Source of the DNA: Eledone cirrhosa
Lineage: Eukaryota
Direction: 5' to 3'
Length of the DNA stretch: 64,000 nt
NCBI GenBank assembly: GCA_964016885.1
Contig: OZ024744.1
Location: forward strand, 124,124,001-124,188,000
Below the pieces are notes generated by a model. The model was given only the letters and a program-made list of their open reading frames with translations, was not told the DNA's origin and did not search any database. How positions within the stretch are numbered: the stretch's first letter is position 1; every line of letters starts with the position of its first letter. Positions 1 through 14,400 of this stretch are shown piece by piece. Both the position numbers and the translations under genes were made by a program.

Positions 1-203
1 CCCATGACAGGTAGGACAATAGTCGGTAATAACTTGTCCAACCCATGTATGTAGGACAATAGTCGGTAATAACTTGTACAACCCATGATAGGTAGGACAA
101 TAGTCTGTAATAACTGGTCCAACCCATGACTGGTAGGACAATAGTCTGTAATAACTTGTCCAACCCATGTATGTAAGACAATAGTCTGTAATAACTTGTC
201 CAA

Positions 204-242
204 CCCAATTCAGGTAGGACAATAGTCTAATAACTTGTCCAA
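204..242. repeat. 39-bp landmark variant monomer (first of 22 copies)
   Basis: CCCAATTCAGGTAGGACAATAGTC--TAATAACTTGTCCAA followed by CTC. Its TCA lies at 210, 3134, 4633, 6745, 8898, 11132, 13121, 15274, 17508, 19374, 20914, 24989, 35601, 37793, 39825, 40799, 43076, 45611, 47721, 49343 and 51620; these match the ORFs ending ...LLDYCPT. A CCCAATTGAGG variant starts at 58650. Confidence 0.95.
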
Positions 243-3200
243 CTCCTGACAGGTAGGACAATAGTCTGTAATAACTTGTCCAACCCATGTATTTAGGACA
301 ATAGTCTGTAATAACTTGTCCAACCCATGACAGGTAAGACAATATTCTGTAATAACTTGTCCATCCCATGACAGGTAGGACAATAGTCTGTAATAACTTG
401 TCCAACCCATGACAGCTAGGACAATAGTCTGTAATAACTTGTCCAACCCATGACAGGTAGGACAATAATCTGTAATAACTTGTCCATCCCATGACATGTA
501 GGACAATAGTCTGCAATAACATGTCCAACCCATGACAGGTAGGACAATAGTCTGTAATAACTTGTCGAACCCATGTATGTAGGACAATAGTCTGTAATAA
601 ATTGTCCAACCCATGACAGGTAGGACAATAGTCTGTAATAACTTGTCCAACCCATGTATGTAGGACAATAGTCTGTAATAACTTGTCCAACCCATGTATG
701 TAGGACAATAGTCTGTAATAATAATTTGTCCAACCCATGTATGTAGGACAATAGTCTGTAATAACTTGTCCAACCCATGAAAGGTAGGTCAATAGTCTGT
801 AATAACTTGTCCAACCCATGTATGTAGGACAATAGTCTGTAATAACTTGTCCAACCCATGACATGTAGGACAATAGTCTGTAATAACTTGTCCAACCCAT
901 GACAGGTAGGACAATAGTCTGTAATACCTTGTCCAACCAATGACAGGTAGGAGAATAGTCTGTAATAACTTGTCCAACCCATAACAGGTAGGACAATAGT
1001 CTGTAATACCTTGTCCAACCCATGACAGGTAGGACAATAGTCTGTAATAACTTGTCCAACCCATGTATGTAGGACAATAGTCTGTAATAACTTGTCCAAC
1101 CCATGTATGAAGGACAATAGTCTGTAATAACTTGTCCAAACCATGACAGGTAGGACAATAGTCTGTAGTAATTTGTCCAACCCATGACAGGTAGGACAAT
1201 AGTCTCTAATAACTTGTCCAACCCATGTATGTAGGACAATAGTCTGTAATAACTTGTCCAACCCATGACAGGTAGGACATTAGTGTGTAATAACTTGTCC
1301 AACCCATTACAGGCAGGACAATAGTCTGTAATAACTTGTCCAACCCATGACAGGTAGGACGATAGTCTGTAATAACTTGTCCAACCCATGTATGTAGGTC
1401 AATAGCCTGTAATAACTTGTCCAACCCATGACAGGTAGGACAATAGTCTGTAATAACTTGTCCAACCCATGACAAGTAGGACAATAGTCTGTAATAACTT
1501 GTCCAACCAATGTATGTAGGACAATAGTCTGTAATAACTTGTCCAACCCATGTATGTAGGACAATAGTCTGTAATAACTTGTCCAACCCATGTATGTACG
1601 ACAATAGTCTGTAATAACTTGCCTAACCCATGTATGTAGGACAATACTCTGTAATAACTTGTCCAACCCATGTATGTAGGACAATAGTCTATAATAACTT
1701 GTCCAACACATGTATGTAGGACAATAGTCTGTAATAACTTGTCCAACCCATGACAGGTAGGACAATAGTCTGTAATACCTCGTCCAACCCATGACAGGTA
1801 GGACAATAGTCTGTAATAACTTGTCCAAGCCATGACAGGTAGGACAATAGTCTGTAATAACTTGTCCAACCCATGTATATAGGACAATAGTCTGTAATAA
1901 CTTGTCCAACCCATGACAGGTAGGACAATAGTCTGTAATAACTTGTCCAACCCATGTATGTAGGACAATAGTCTGTAATAACTTGTCCAACCCATGACAG
2001 GTAGGACAATAGTCTGTAATAACTTGTCCAACCCATGACAGGTAGGCCAATAGTCTGTAATAACTTGTCCAACCCATGTATGTAGGACAATAGTCTGTAA
2101 TAACTTGTCCAACCCATGACAGGTAGGACAATAGTCTGTAATAACTTGTCCAACCCATGTATGCAGGACAATAGTCTGTAATAACTTGTCCAACCCATGA
2201 CAGCTAGGACAATAGTCTGTAATAACTTGTCCAACCCATGACATGTAGGACAATAGTCTGTAATAACTTGTCCAACCCATGACAGGTAGGACAATAGTCT
2301 GTAATAACTTGTCTAACCCATGTATGTAGGACAATAGTCTGTAATAACTTGTCCAACCCATGTATGTAGGACAATAGTCTGTAATAACTTGTCCAACCCA
2401 TGTATGTAGTACAATAGTCTGTAATAACTTGTCCAACCCATGACAGGTAGTACAATAGTCTGTAATAACTTGTCCAACCCATGACAGGTAAGACAATATT
2501 CTGTAATAACTTGTCCAACCCATGTATGTAAGACAATAGTCTGTAATAACTTGTTCAACCCATGACAGGTAAGACAATATTCTGTAATAACTTGTCCAAC
2601 CCATGTATGTAAGACCTTAGGCTGTAATAACTTGTCCAACCCATGACAGGTAGGACAATAGTCTGTAATACCTTGTCCAACCAATGACAGGTAGGAAAAT
2701 AGTCTGTAATAACTTGTCCAACCCATGACAGGTAGGACAATAGTCTGTAATACCCTGTCCAACCAATGACAGGTAGGACAATAGTCTGTAATAACTTGTC
2801 CAACCCATGTATGTAGGACAATAGTCTTTAATAACTTGTCCAACCCATGCATGTAGGACAATAGTCTGTAATAACTTGCCCAACCCATGACAGGTAGGAC
2901 AATACTGTGTAATAACTTGTCCAACCCATGACAGGTAGGACAATAGTCGGTAATAACTTGTCCAACCCATGTATGTAGGACAATAGTCGGTAATAACTTG
3001 TACAACCCATGATAGGTAGGACAATAGTCTGTAATAACTTGTCCAACCCATGACAGGTAGGACAATAGTCTGTAATAACTTGTCCAACCCATGTATGTAA
3101 GACAATAGTCTGTAATAACTTGTCCAACCCAATTCAGGTAGGACAATAGTCTAATAACTTGTCCAACTCATGACAGGTAGGACAATAGTCTGTAATAACT

Positions 3201-5419
3201 TGTCCAACCCATGTATTTAGGACAATAGTCTGTAATAACTTGTCCAACCCATGACAGGTAAGACAATATTCTGTAATAACTTGTCCATCCCATGACAGGT
3301 AGGACAATAGTCTGTAATAACTTGTCCAACCCATGACAGCTAGGACAATAGTCTGTAATAACTTGTCCAACCCATGACAGGTAGGACAATAGTCTGTAAT
3401 AACTTGTCCAACCCATGACATGTAGGACAATAGTCTGCAATAACATGTCCAACCCATGACAGGTAGGACAATAGTCTGTAATAACTTGTCGAACCCATGT
3501 ATGTAGGACAATAGTCTGTAATAAATTGTCCAACCCATGACAGGTAGGACAATAGTCTGTAATAACTTGTCCAACCCATGACAGGTAGGACAATAATCTG
3601 TAATAACTTGTCTAACCCATGTATGTAGGACAATAGTCTGTAATAACTTGTCCAACCCATGTATGTAGGACAATAGTCTGTAATAACTTGTCCAACCCAT
3701 GTATGTACGACAATAGTGTGTAATAACTTGTCCATCCCATGACAGGTAGGACAATAGTCTGTAATAACTTGTCCAACCCATGTATGTAGGACAATAGTCT
3801 GTAATAACTTGTCCAACCCATGACAGGTAGGACAATAGTCTGTAATAACTTGGCCAACCCATGACAGGTAGGACAATAGTCTGTAATAACTCGTCCAACC
3901 CATGTATGTAGGACAAATGTCTGTAATAACTTGTCCAACCCATGACAGGTAAGACAATATTCTGTAATAACTTGTCCAACCCATGTATGTAAGACAATAG
4001 TCTGTAATAACTTGTCCAACCCATGTATTTAGGACAATAGTCTGTAATAACTTGTCCAACCCATGACAGGTAGGACAATAGTCTGTAATACCTTGTCCAA
4101 CCAATGACAGGTAGGATAATAGTCTGTAACAACTTGTCCAACCCATGTATGTAGGACAATACTCTGTAATAACTTGCCCAACCCATGACATGTAGGACAA
4201 TAGTCTGTAATAACTTGTCCAACCCATGACAGGTAGAACAATAGTCTGTAATAACTTGTCGAACCCATGTATGTAGGACAATAGTCTGTAATAAATTGTC
4301 CAACCCATGACAGGTAGGACAATAGTCTGTCATAACTTGTCCAACCCATGACAGGTAGGACAATAATCTGTAATAACTTGTCTAACCCATGTATGTAGGA
4401 CAATAGTCTGTAATAACTTGTCCAGCCCATGCATGTAGGACAATAGTCTGTAATAACTTGTCCAACCCATGTATGTAGGACAATAGTCTGTAATAACTTG
4501 TCCAACCCATGTATGTAGGACAATAGTCTGTAATAACTTGTCCAACCCATGACAGGTAAGACAATATTCTGTAATAACTTGTCCAACCCATGTATGTAAG
4601 ACAATAGTCTGTAATAACTTGTCCAACCCAATTCAGGTAGGACAATAGTCTAATAACTTGTCCAACTCATGACAGGTAGGACAATAGTCTGTAATAACTT
4701 GTCCAACCCATGACAGGTAGGACAATAGTCTGTAATAACTTGTCCAACCCATGACAGCTAGGACAATAGTCTGTAATAACTTGTCCAACCCATGACAGGT
4801 AGGACAATAGTCTGTAATAACTTGTCCAACCCATGACATGTAGGACAATAGTCTGCAATAACTTGTCCAACCCATGACAGGTAGGACAATAGTCTGTAAT
4901 AACTTGTCGAACCCATGTATGTAGGACAATAGTCTGTAATAAATTGTCCAACCCATGACAGGTAGGACAATAGTCTGTAATAACTTGTCCAACCCATGAC
5001 AGGTAGGACAATAATCTATAATAACTTGTCTAACCCATGTATGTAGGACAATAGTCTGTAATAACTTGTCCAACCCATGTATGTAGGACAATAGTCTGTA
5101 ATAACTTGTCCAACCCATGTATGTATGACAATAGTGTGTAATAACTTGTCCATCCCATGACAGGTAGGACAATAGTCTGTAATAACTTGTCCAACCCATG
5201 TATGTAGGACAATAGTCTGTAATAACTTGTCCAACCCATGACAGGTAGGACAATAGTCTGTAATAACTTGGCCAACCCATGACAGGTAGGACAATAGTCT
5301 GTAATAACTTGTCCAACCCATGACAGGTAGGACAATAGTCTGTAATAACTTGTCCAACCCATGTATGTAGGACAATAGTCTGTAATAATTTGTCCAACCC
5401 ATGACAGGTAAGACAATAC

Positions 5420-8400
5420 TCTGTAATAACTTGTCGAACCCATGACAGGTAGGACAATAGTCTGTAATAACTTGTCCAACCCATGTATGTAGGACAAATG
5501 TCTGTAATAACTTGTCCAACCCATGACAGGTAAGACAATATTCTGTAATAACTTGTCCAACCCATGTATGTAAGACAATAGTCTGTAATAACTTGTCCAA
5601 CCCATGTATTTAGGACAATAGTCTGTAATAACTTGTCCAAGCCATGACAGGTAGGACAATAGTCTGTAATAACTTGTCCAACCCATGACAGGTAGGACAA
5701 TAGTCTGTAACACCTTGTCCAGCCAATGACAGGTAGGACAATCGTCTGTAACAACTTGTCCAACCCATGTATGTAGGACAATACTCTGTAATAACTTGCC
5801 CAACCCATGAATGTAGGACAATAGTCTGTAATAACTTGTCCAACCCATGACAGGTAGGACAATAGTCTGTAATAACTTGTCCATCCCATGACAGGTAGGA
5901 CAATAGTCTGTAATAACTTGTCCAACCCATGACAGCTAGGACAATAGTCTGTAATAACTTGTCCAACCCATGACAGGTAGGACAATAGTCTGTAATAACT
6001 TGTCCAACCCATGACATGTAGGACAATAGTCTGTAATAACTTGTCCAACCCATGACAGGTAGAACAATAGTCTGTAATAACTTGTCCAACCCATGACAGG
6101 TAGGACAATAGTCTGTAATAACTTGTCCAACCCATGTATGTAGGACAATAGTCTGTAATAACTTGTCCAACCCATGACAGGTAGGACAATAGTCTGTAAT
6201 AACTTGTCCAACCCATGTATGTAGGACAATAGTCTGTAATAACTTGTCCAACCCATGACAGGTAGGACAATAGTCTGTAATAACTTGTCCAACCCATGTA
6301 TGTAGGACAATAGTCTGTAATAACTTGTCCAACCCATGACAGGTAGGACAATAGTCTGTAATACCCTGTCCAACCAATGACAGGTAGGACAATAGTCTGT
6401 AATAACTTGTCCAACCCATGTATGTAGGACAATAGTCTTTAATAACTTGTCCAACCCATGTATGTAGGACAATAGTCTGTAATAACTTGCCCAACCCATG
6501 ACAGGTAGGACAATAGTGTGTAATAACTTGTCCAACCCATGACAGGTAGGACAATAGTCGGTAATAACTTGTCCAACCCATGTATGTAGGACAATAGTCG
6601 GTAATAACTTGTACAACCCATGATAGGTAGGACAATAGTCTGTAATAACTTGTCCAACCCATGACAGGTAGGACAATAGTCTGTAATAACTTGTCCAACC
6701 CATGTATGTAAGACAATAGTCTGTAATAACTTGTCCAACCCAATTCAGGTAGGACAATAGTCTAATAACTTGTCCAACTCATGACAGGTAGGACAATAGT
6801 CTGTAATAACTTGTCCAACCCATGTATTTAGGACAATAGTCTGTAATAACTTGTCCAACCCATGACAGGTAAGACAATATTCTGTAATAACTTGTCCATC
6901 CCATGACAGGTAGGACAATAGTCTGTAATAACTTGTCCAACCCATGACAGCTAGGACAATAGTCTGTAATAACTTGTCCAACCCATGACAGGTAGGACAA
7001 TAGTCTGTAATAACTTGTCCAACCCATGACATGTAGGACAATAGTCTGCAATAACATGTCCAACCCATGACAGGTAGGACAATAGTCTGTAATAACTTGT
7101 CGAACCCATGTATGTAGGACAATAGTCTGTAATAAATTGTCCAACCCATGACAGGTAGGACAATAGTCTGTAATAACTTGTCCAACCCATGACAGGTAGG
7201 ACAATAATCTGTAATAACTTGTCTAACCCATGTATGTAGGACAATAGTCTGTAATAACTTGTCCAACCCATGTATGTAGGACAATAGTCTGTAATAACTT
7301 GTCCAACCCATGTATGTACGACAATAGTGTGTAATAACTTGTCCAACCCATGACAGGTAGGACAATAGTCTGTAATAACTTGGCCAACCCATGACAGGTA
7401 GGACAATAGTCTGTAATAACTTGTCCAACCCATGACAGGTTGGACAATAGTCTGTAATAACTTGTCCAACCCATGTATGTAGGACAATAGTCTGTAATAA
7501 TTTGTCCAACCCATGACAGGTAAGACAATACTCTGTAATAACTTGTCGAACCCATGACAGGTAGGACAATAGTCTGTAATAACTTGTCCAACCCATGTAT
7601 GTAGGACAAATGTCTGTAATAACTTGTCCAACCCATGACAGGTAAGACAATATTCTGTAATAACTTGTCCAACCCATGTATGTAAGACAATAGTCTGTAA
7701 TAACTTGTCCAACCCATGTATTTAGGACAATAGTCTGTAATAACTTGTCCAAGCCATGACAGGTAGGACAATAGTCTGTAATAACTTGTCCAACCCATGA
7801 CAGGTAGGACAATAGTCTGTAATACCTTGTCCAGCCAATGACAGGTAGGACAATAGTCTGTAACAACTTGTCCAACCCATGTATGTAGGACAATACTCTG
7901 TAATAACTTGCCCAACCCATGAATGTAGGACAATAGTCTGTAATAACTTGTCCAACCCATGACAGGTAGGACAATAGTCTGTAATAACTTGTCCATCCCA
8001 TGACAGGTAGGACAATAGTCTGTAATAACTTGTCCAACCCATGACAGCTAGGACAATAGTCTGTAATAACTTGTCCAACCCATGACAGGTAGGACAATAG
8101 TCTGTAATAACTTGTCCAACCCATGACATGTAGGACAATAGTCTGTAATAAATTGTCCAACCCATGACAGGTAGAACAATAGTCTGTAATAACTTGTCCA
8201 ACCCATGACAGGTAGGACAATAGTCTGTAATAACTTGTCCAACCCATGTATGTAGGACAATAGTCTGTAATAACTTGTCCAACCCATGACAGGTAGGACA
8301 ATAGTCTGTAATAACTTGTCCAACCCATGTATGTAGGACAATAGTCTGTAATAACTTGTCCAACCCATGACAGGTAGGACAATAGTCTGTAATAACTTGT

Positions 8401-11400
8401 CCAACCCATGTATGTAGGACAATAGTCTGTAATAACTTGTCCAACCGATGACAGGTAGGACAATAGTCTGTAATAACTTGTCCAACCCATGACAGGTAGG
8501 ACAATAGTCTGTAATACCCTGTCCAACCAATGACAGGTAGGACAATAGTCTGTAATAACTTGTCCAACCCATGTATGTAGGACAATAGTCTTTAATAACT
8601 TGTCCAACCCATGTATGTAGGACAATAGTCTGTAATAACTTGCCCAACCCATGACAGGTAGGACAATAGTGTGTAATAACTTGTCCAACCCATGACAGGT
8701 AGGACAATAGTCGGTAATAACTTGTCCAACCCATGTATGTAGGACAATAGTCGGTAATAACTTGTACAACCCATGATAGGTAGGACAATAGTCTGTAATA
8801 ACTTGTCCAACCCATGACAGGTAGGACAATAGTCTGTAATAACTTGTCCAACCCATGTATGTAAGACAATAGTCTGTAATAACTTGTCCAACCCAATTCA
8901 GGTAGGACAATAGTCTAATAACTTGTCCAACTCATGACAGGTAGGACAATAGTCTGTAATAACTTGTCCAACCCATGTATTTAGGACAATAGTCTGTAAT
9001 AACTTGTCCAACCCATGACAGGTAAGACAATATTCTGTAATAACTTGTCCATCCCATGACAGGTAGGACAATAGTCTGTAATAACTTGTCCAACCCATGA
9101 CAGCTAGGACAATAGTCTGTAATAACTTGTCCAACCCATGACAGGTAGGACAATAGTCTGTAATAACTTGTCCAACCCATGACATGTAGGACAATAGTCT
9201 GCAATAACATGTCCAACCCATGACAGGTAGGACAATAGTCTGTAATAACTTGTCGAACCCATGTATGTAGGACAATAGTCTGTAATAAATTGTCCAACCC
9301 ATGACAGGTAGGACAATAGTCTGTAATAACTTGTCCAACCCATGACAGGTAGGACAATAATCTGTAATAACTTGTCTAACCCATGTATGTAGGACAATAG
9401 TCTGTAATAACTTGTCCAACCCATGTATGTAGGACAATAGTCTGTAATAACTTGTCCAACCCATGTATGTACGACAATAGTGTGTAATAACTTGTCCATC
9501 CCATGACAGGTAGGACAATAGTCTGTAATAACTTGTCCAACCCATGTATGTAGGACAATAGTCTGTAATAACTTGTCCAACCCATGACAGGTAGGACAAT
9601 AGTCTGTAATAACTTGGCCAACCCATGACAGGTAGGACAATAGTCTGTAATAACTTGTCCAACCCATGACAGGTAGGACAATAGTCTGTAATAACTTGTC
9701 CAACCCATGTATGTAGGACAATAGTCTGTAATAATTTGTCCAACCCATGACAGGTAAGACAATACTCTGTAATAACTTGTTGAACCCATGACAGGTAGGA
9801 CAATAGTCTGTAATAACTTGTCCAACCCATGTATGTAGGACAAATGTCTGTAATAACTTGTCCAACCCATGACAGGTAAGACAATATTCTGTAATAACTT
9901 GTCCAACCCATGTATGTAAGACAATAGTCTGTAATAACTTGTCCAACCCATGTATTTAGGACAATAGTCTGTAATAACTTGTCCAAGCCATGACAGGTAG
10001 GACAATAGTCTGTAATAACTTGTCCAACCCATGACAGGTAGGACAATAGTCTGTAATACCTTGTCCAGCCAATGACAGGTAGGACAATAGTCTGTAACAA
10101 CTTGTCCAACCCATGTATGTAGGACAATACTCTGTAATAACTTGCCCAACCCATGAATGTAGGACAATAGTCTGTAATAACTTGTCCAACCCATGACAGG
10201 TAGGACAATAGTCTGTAATAACTTGTCCATCCCATGACAGGTAGGACAATAGTCTGTAATAACTTGTCCAACCCATGACAGCTAGGACAATAGTCTGTAA
10301 TAACTTGTCCAACCCATGACAGGTAGGACAATAGTCTGTAATAACTTGTCCAACCCATGACATGTAGGACAATAGTCTGTAATAACTTGTCCAACCCATG
10401 ACAGGTAGAACAATAGTCTGTAATAACTTGTCCAACCCATGACAGGTAGGACAATAGTCTGTAATAACTTGTCCAACCCATGTATGTAGGACAATAGTCT
10501 GTAATAACTTGTCCAACCCATGACAGGTAGGACAATAGTCTGTAATAACTTGTCCAACCCATGTATGTAGGACAATAGTCTGTAATAACTTGTCCAACCC
10601 ATGACAGGTAGGACAATAGTCTGTAATAACTTGTCCAACCCATGTATGTAGGACAATAGTCTGTAATAACTTGTCCAACCGATGACAGGTAGGACAATAG
10701 TCTGTAATAACTTGTCCAACCCATGACAGGTAGGACAATAGTCTGTAATACCCTGTCCAACCAATGACAGGTAGGACAATAGTCTGTAATAACTTGTCCA
10801 ACCCATGTATGTAGGACAATAGTCTTTAATAACTTGTCCAACCCATGTATGTAGGACAATAGTCTGTAATAACTTGCCCAACCCATGACAGGTAGGACAA
10901 TAGTGTGTAATAACTTGTCCAACCCATGACAGGTAGGACAATAGTCGGTAATAACTTGTCCAACCCATGTATGTAGGACAATAGTCGGTAATAACTTGTA
11001 CAACCCATGATAGGTAGGACAATAGTCTGTAATAACTTGTCCAACCCATGACAGGTAGGACAATAGTCTGTAATAACTTGTCCAACCCATGTATGTAAGA
11101 CAATAGTCTGTAATAACTTGTCCAACCCAATTCAGGTAGGACAATAGTCTAATAACTTGTCCAACTCATGACAGGTAGGACAATAGTCTGTAATAACTTG
11201 TCCAACCCATGTATTTAGGACAATAGTCTGTAATAACTTGTCCAACCCATGACAGGTAAGACAATATTCTGTAATAACTTGTCCATCCCATGACAGGTAG
11301 GACAATAGTCTGTAATAACTTGTCCAATCCATGACAGCTAGGACAATAGTCTGTAATAACTTGTCCAACCCATGACAGGTAGGACAATAGTCTGTAATAA

Positions 11401-14400
11401 CTTGTCCAACCCATGACATGTAGGACAATAGTCTGCAATAACATGTCCAACCCATGACAGGTAGGACAATAGTCTGTAATAACTTGTCGAACCCATGTAT
11501 GTAGGACAATAGTCTGTAATAAATTGTCCAACCCATGACAGGTAGGACAATAGTCTGTAATAACTTGTCCAACCCATGACAGGTAGGACAATAATCTGTA
11601 ATAACTTGTCTAACCCATGTATGTAGGACAATAGTCTGTAATAACTTGTCCAACCCATGTATGTAGGACAATAGTCTGTAATAACTTGTCCAACCCATGT
11701 ATGTACGACAATAGTGTGTAATAACTTGTCCATCCCATGACAGGTAGGACAATAGTCTGTAATAACTTGTCCAACCCATGTATGTAGGACAATAGTCTGT
11801 AATAACTTGTCGAACCCATGACAGGTAGGACAATAGTCTGTAATAACTTGTCCAACCCATGTATGTAGGACAAATGTCTGTAATAACTTGTCCAACCCAT
11901 GACAGGTAAGACAATATTCTGTAATAACTTGTCCAACCCATGTATGTAAGACAATAGTCTGTAATAACTTGTCCAACCCATGTATTTAGGACAATAGTCT
12001 GTAATAACTTGTCCAAGCCATGACAGGTAGGACAATAGTCTGTAATAACTTGTCCAACCCATGACAGGTAGGACAATAGTCTGTAACACCTTGTCCAGCC
12101 AATGACAGGTAGGACAATCGTCTGTAACAACTTGTCCAACCCATGTATGTAGGACAATACTCTGTAATAACTTGCCCAACCCATGAATGTAGGACAATAG
12201 TCTGTAATAACTTGTCCAACCCATGACAGGTAGGACAATAGTCTGTAATAACTTGTCCATCCCATGACAGGTAGGACAATAGTCTGTAATAACTTGTCCA
12301 ACCCATGACAGCTAGGACAATAGTCTGTAATAACTTGTCCAACCCATGACAGGTAGGACAATAGTCTGTAATAACTTGTCCAACCCATGACATGTAGGAC
12401 AATAGTCTGTAATAACTTGTCCAACCCATGACAGGTAGAACAATAGTCTGTAATAACTTGTCCAACCCATGACAGGTAGGACAATAGTCTGTAATAACTT
12501 GTCCAACCCATGTATGTAGGACAATAGTCTGTAATAACTTGTCCAACCCATGACAGGTAGGACAATAGTCTGTAATAACTTGTCCAACCCATGTATGTAG
12601 GACAATAGTCTGTAATAACTTGTCCAACCCATGACAGGTAGGACAATAGTCTGTAATAACTTGTCCAACCCATGTATGTAGGACAATAGTCTGTAATAAC
12701 TTGTCCAACCCATGACAGGTAGGACAATAGTCTGTAATACCCTGTCCAACCAATGACAGGTAGGACAATAGTCTGTAATAACTTGTCCAACCCATGTATG
12801 TAGGACAATAGTCTTTAATAACTTGTCCAACCCATGTATGTAGGACAATAGTCTGTAATAACTTGCCCAACCCATGACAGGTAGGACAATAGTGTGTAAT
12901 AACTTGTCCAACCCATGACAGGTAGGACAATAGTCGGTAATAACTTGTCCAACCCATGTATGTAGGACAATAGTCGGTAATAACTTGTACAACCCATGAT
13001 AGGTAGGACAATAGTCTGTAATAACTTGTCCAACCCATGACAGGTAGGACAATAGTCTGTAATAACTTGTCCAACCCATGTATGTAAGACAATAGTCTGT
13101 AATAACTTGTCCAACCCAATTCAGGTAGGACAATAGTCTAATAACTTGTCCAACTCATGACAGGTAGGACAATAGTCTGTAATAACTTGTCCAACCCATG
13201 TATTTAGGACAATAGTCTGTAATAACTTGTCCAACCCATGACAGGTAAGACAATATTCTGTAATAACTTGTCCATCCCATGACAGGTAGGACAATAGTCT
13301 GTAATAACTTGTCCAACCCATGACAGCTAGGACAATAGTCTGTAATAACTTGTCCAACCCATGACAGGTAGGACAATAGTCTGTAATAACTTGTCCAACC
13401 CATGACATGTAGGACAATAGTCTGCAATAACATGTCCAACCCATGACAGGTAGGACAATAGTCTGTAATAACTTGTCGAACCCATGTATGTAGGACAATA
13501 GTCTGTAATAAATTGTCCAACCCATGACAGGTAGGACAATAGTCTGTAATAACTTGTCCAACCCATGACAGGTAGGACAATAATCTGTAATAACTTGTCT
13601 AACCCATGTATGTAGGACAATAGTCTGTAATAACTTGTCCAACCCATGTATGTAGGACAATAGTCTGTAATAACTTGTCCAACCCATGTATGTACGACAA
13701 TAGTGTGTAATAACTTGTCCAACCCATGACAGGTAGGACAATAGTCTGTAATAACTTGGCCAACCCATGACAGGTAGGGCAATAGTCTGTAATAACTTGT
13801 CCAACCCATGACAGGTTGGACAATAGTCTGTAATAACTTGTCCAACCCATGTATGTAGGACAATAGTCTGTAATAATTTGTCCAACCCATGACAGGTAAG
13901 ACAATACTCTGTAATAACTTGTCGAACCCATGACAGGTAGGACAATAGTCTGTAATAACTTGTCCAACCCATGTATGTAGGACAAATGTCTGTAATAACT
14001 TGTCCAACCCATGACAGGTAAGACAATATTCTGTAATAACTTGTCCAACCCATGTATGTAAGACAATAGTCTGTAATAACTTGTCCAACCCATGTATTTA
14101 GGACAATAGTCTGTAATAACTTGTCCAAGCCATGACAGGTAGGACAATAGTCTGTAATAACTTGTCCAACCCATGACAGGTAGGACAATAGTCTGTAATA
14201 CCTTGTCCAGCCAATGACAGGTAGGACAATAGTCTGTAACAACTTGTCCAACCCATGTATGTAGGACAATACTCTGTAATAACTTGCCCAACCCATGAAT
14301 GTAGGACAATAGTCTGTAATAACTTGTCCAACCCATGACAGGTAGGACAATAGTCTGTAATAACTTGTCCATCCCATGACAGGTAGGACAATAGTCTGTA

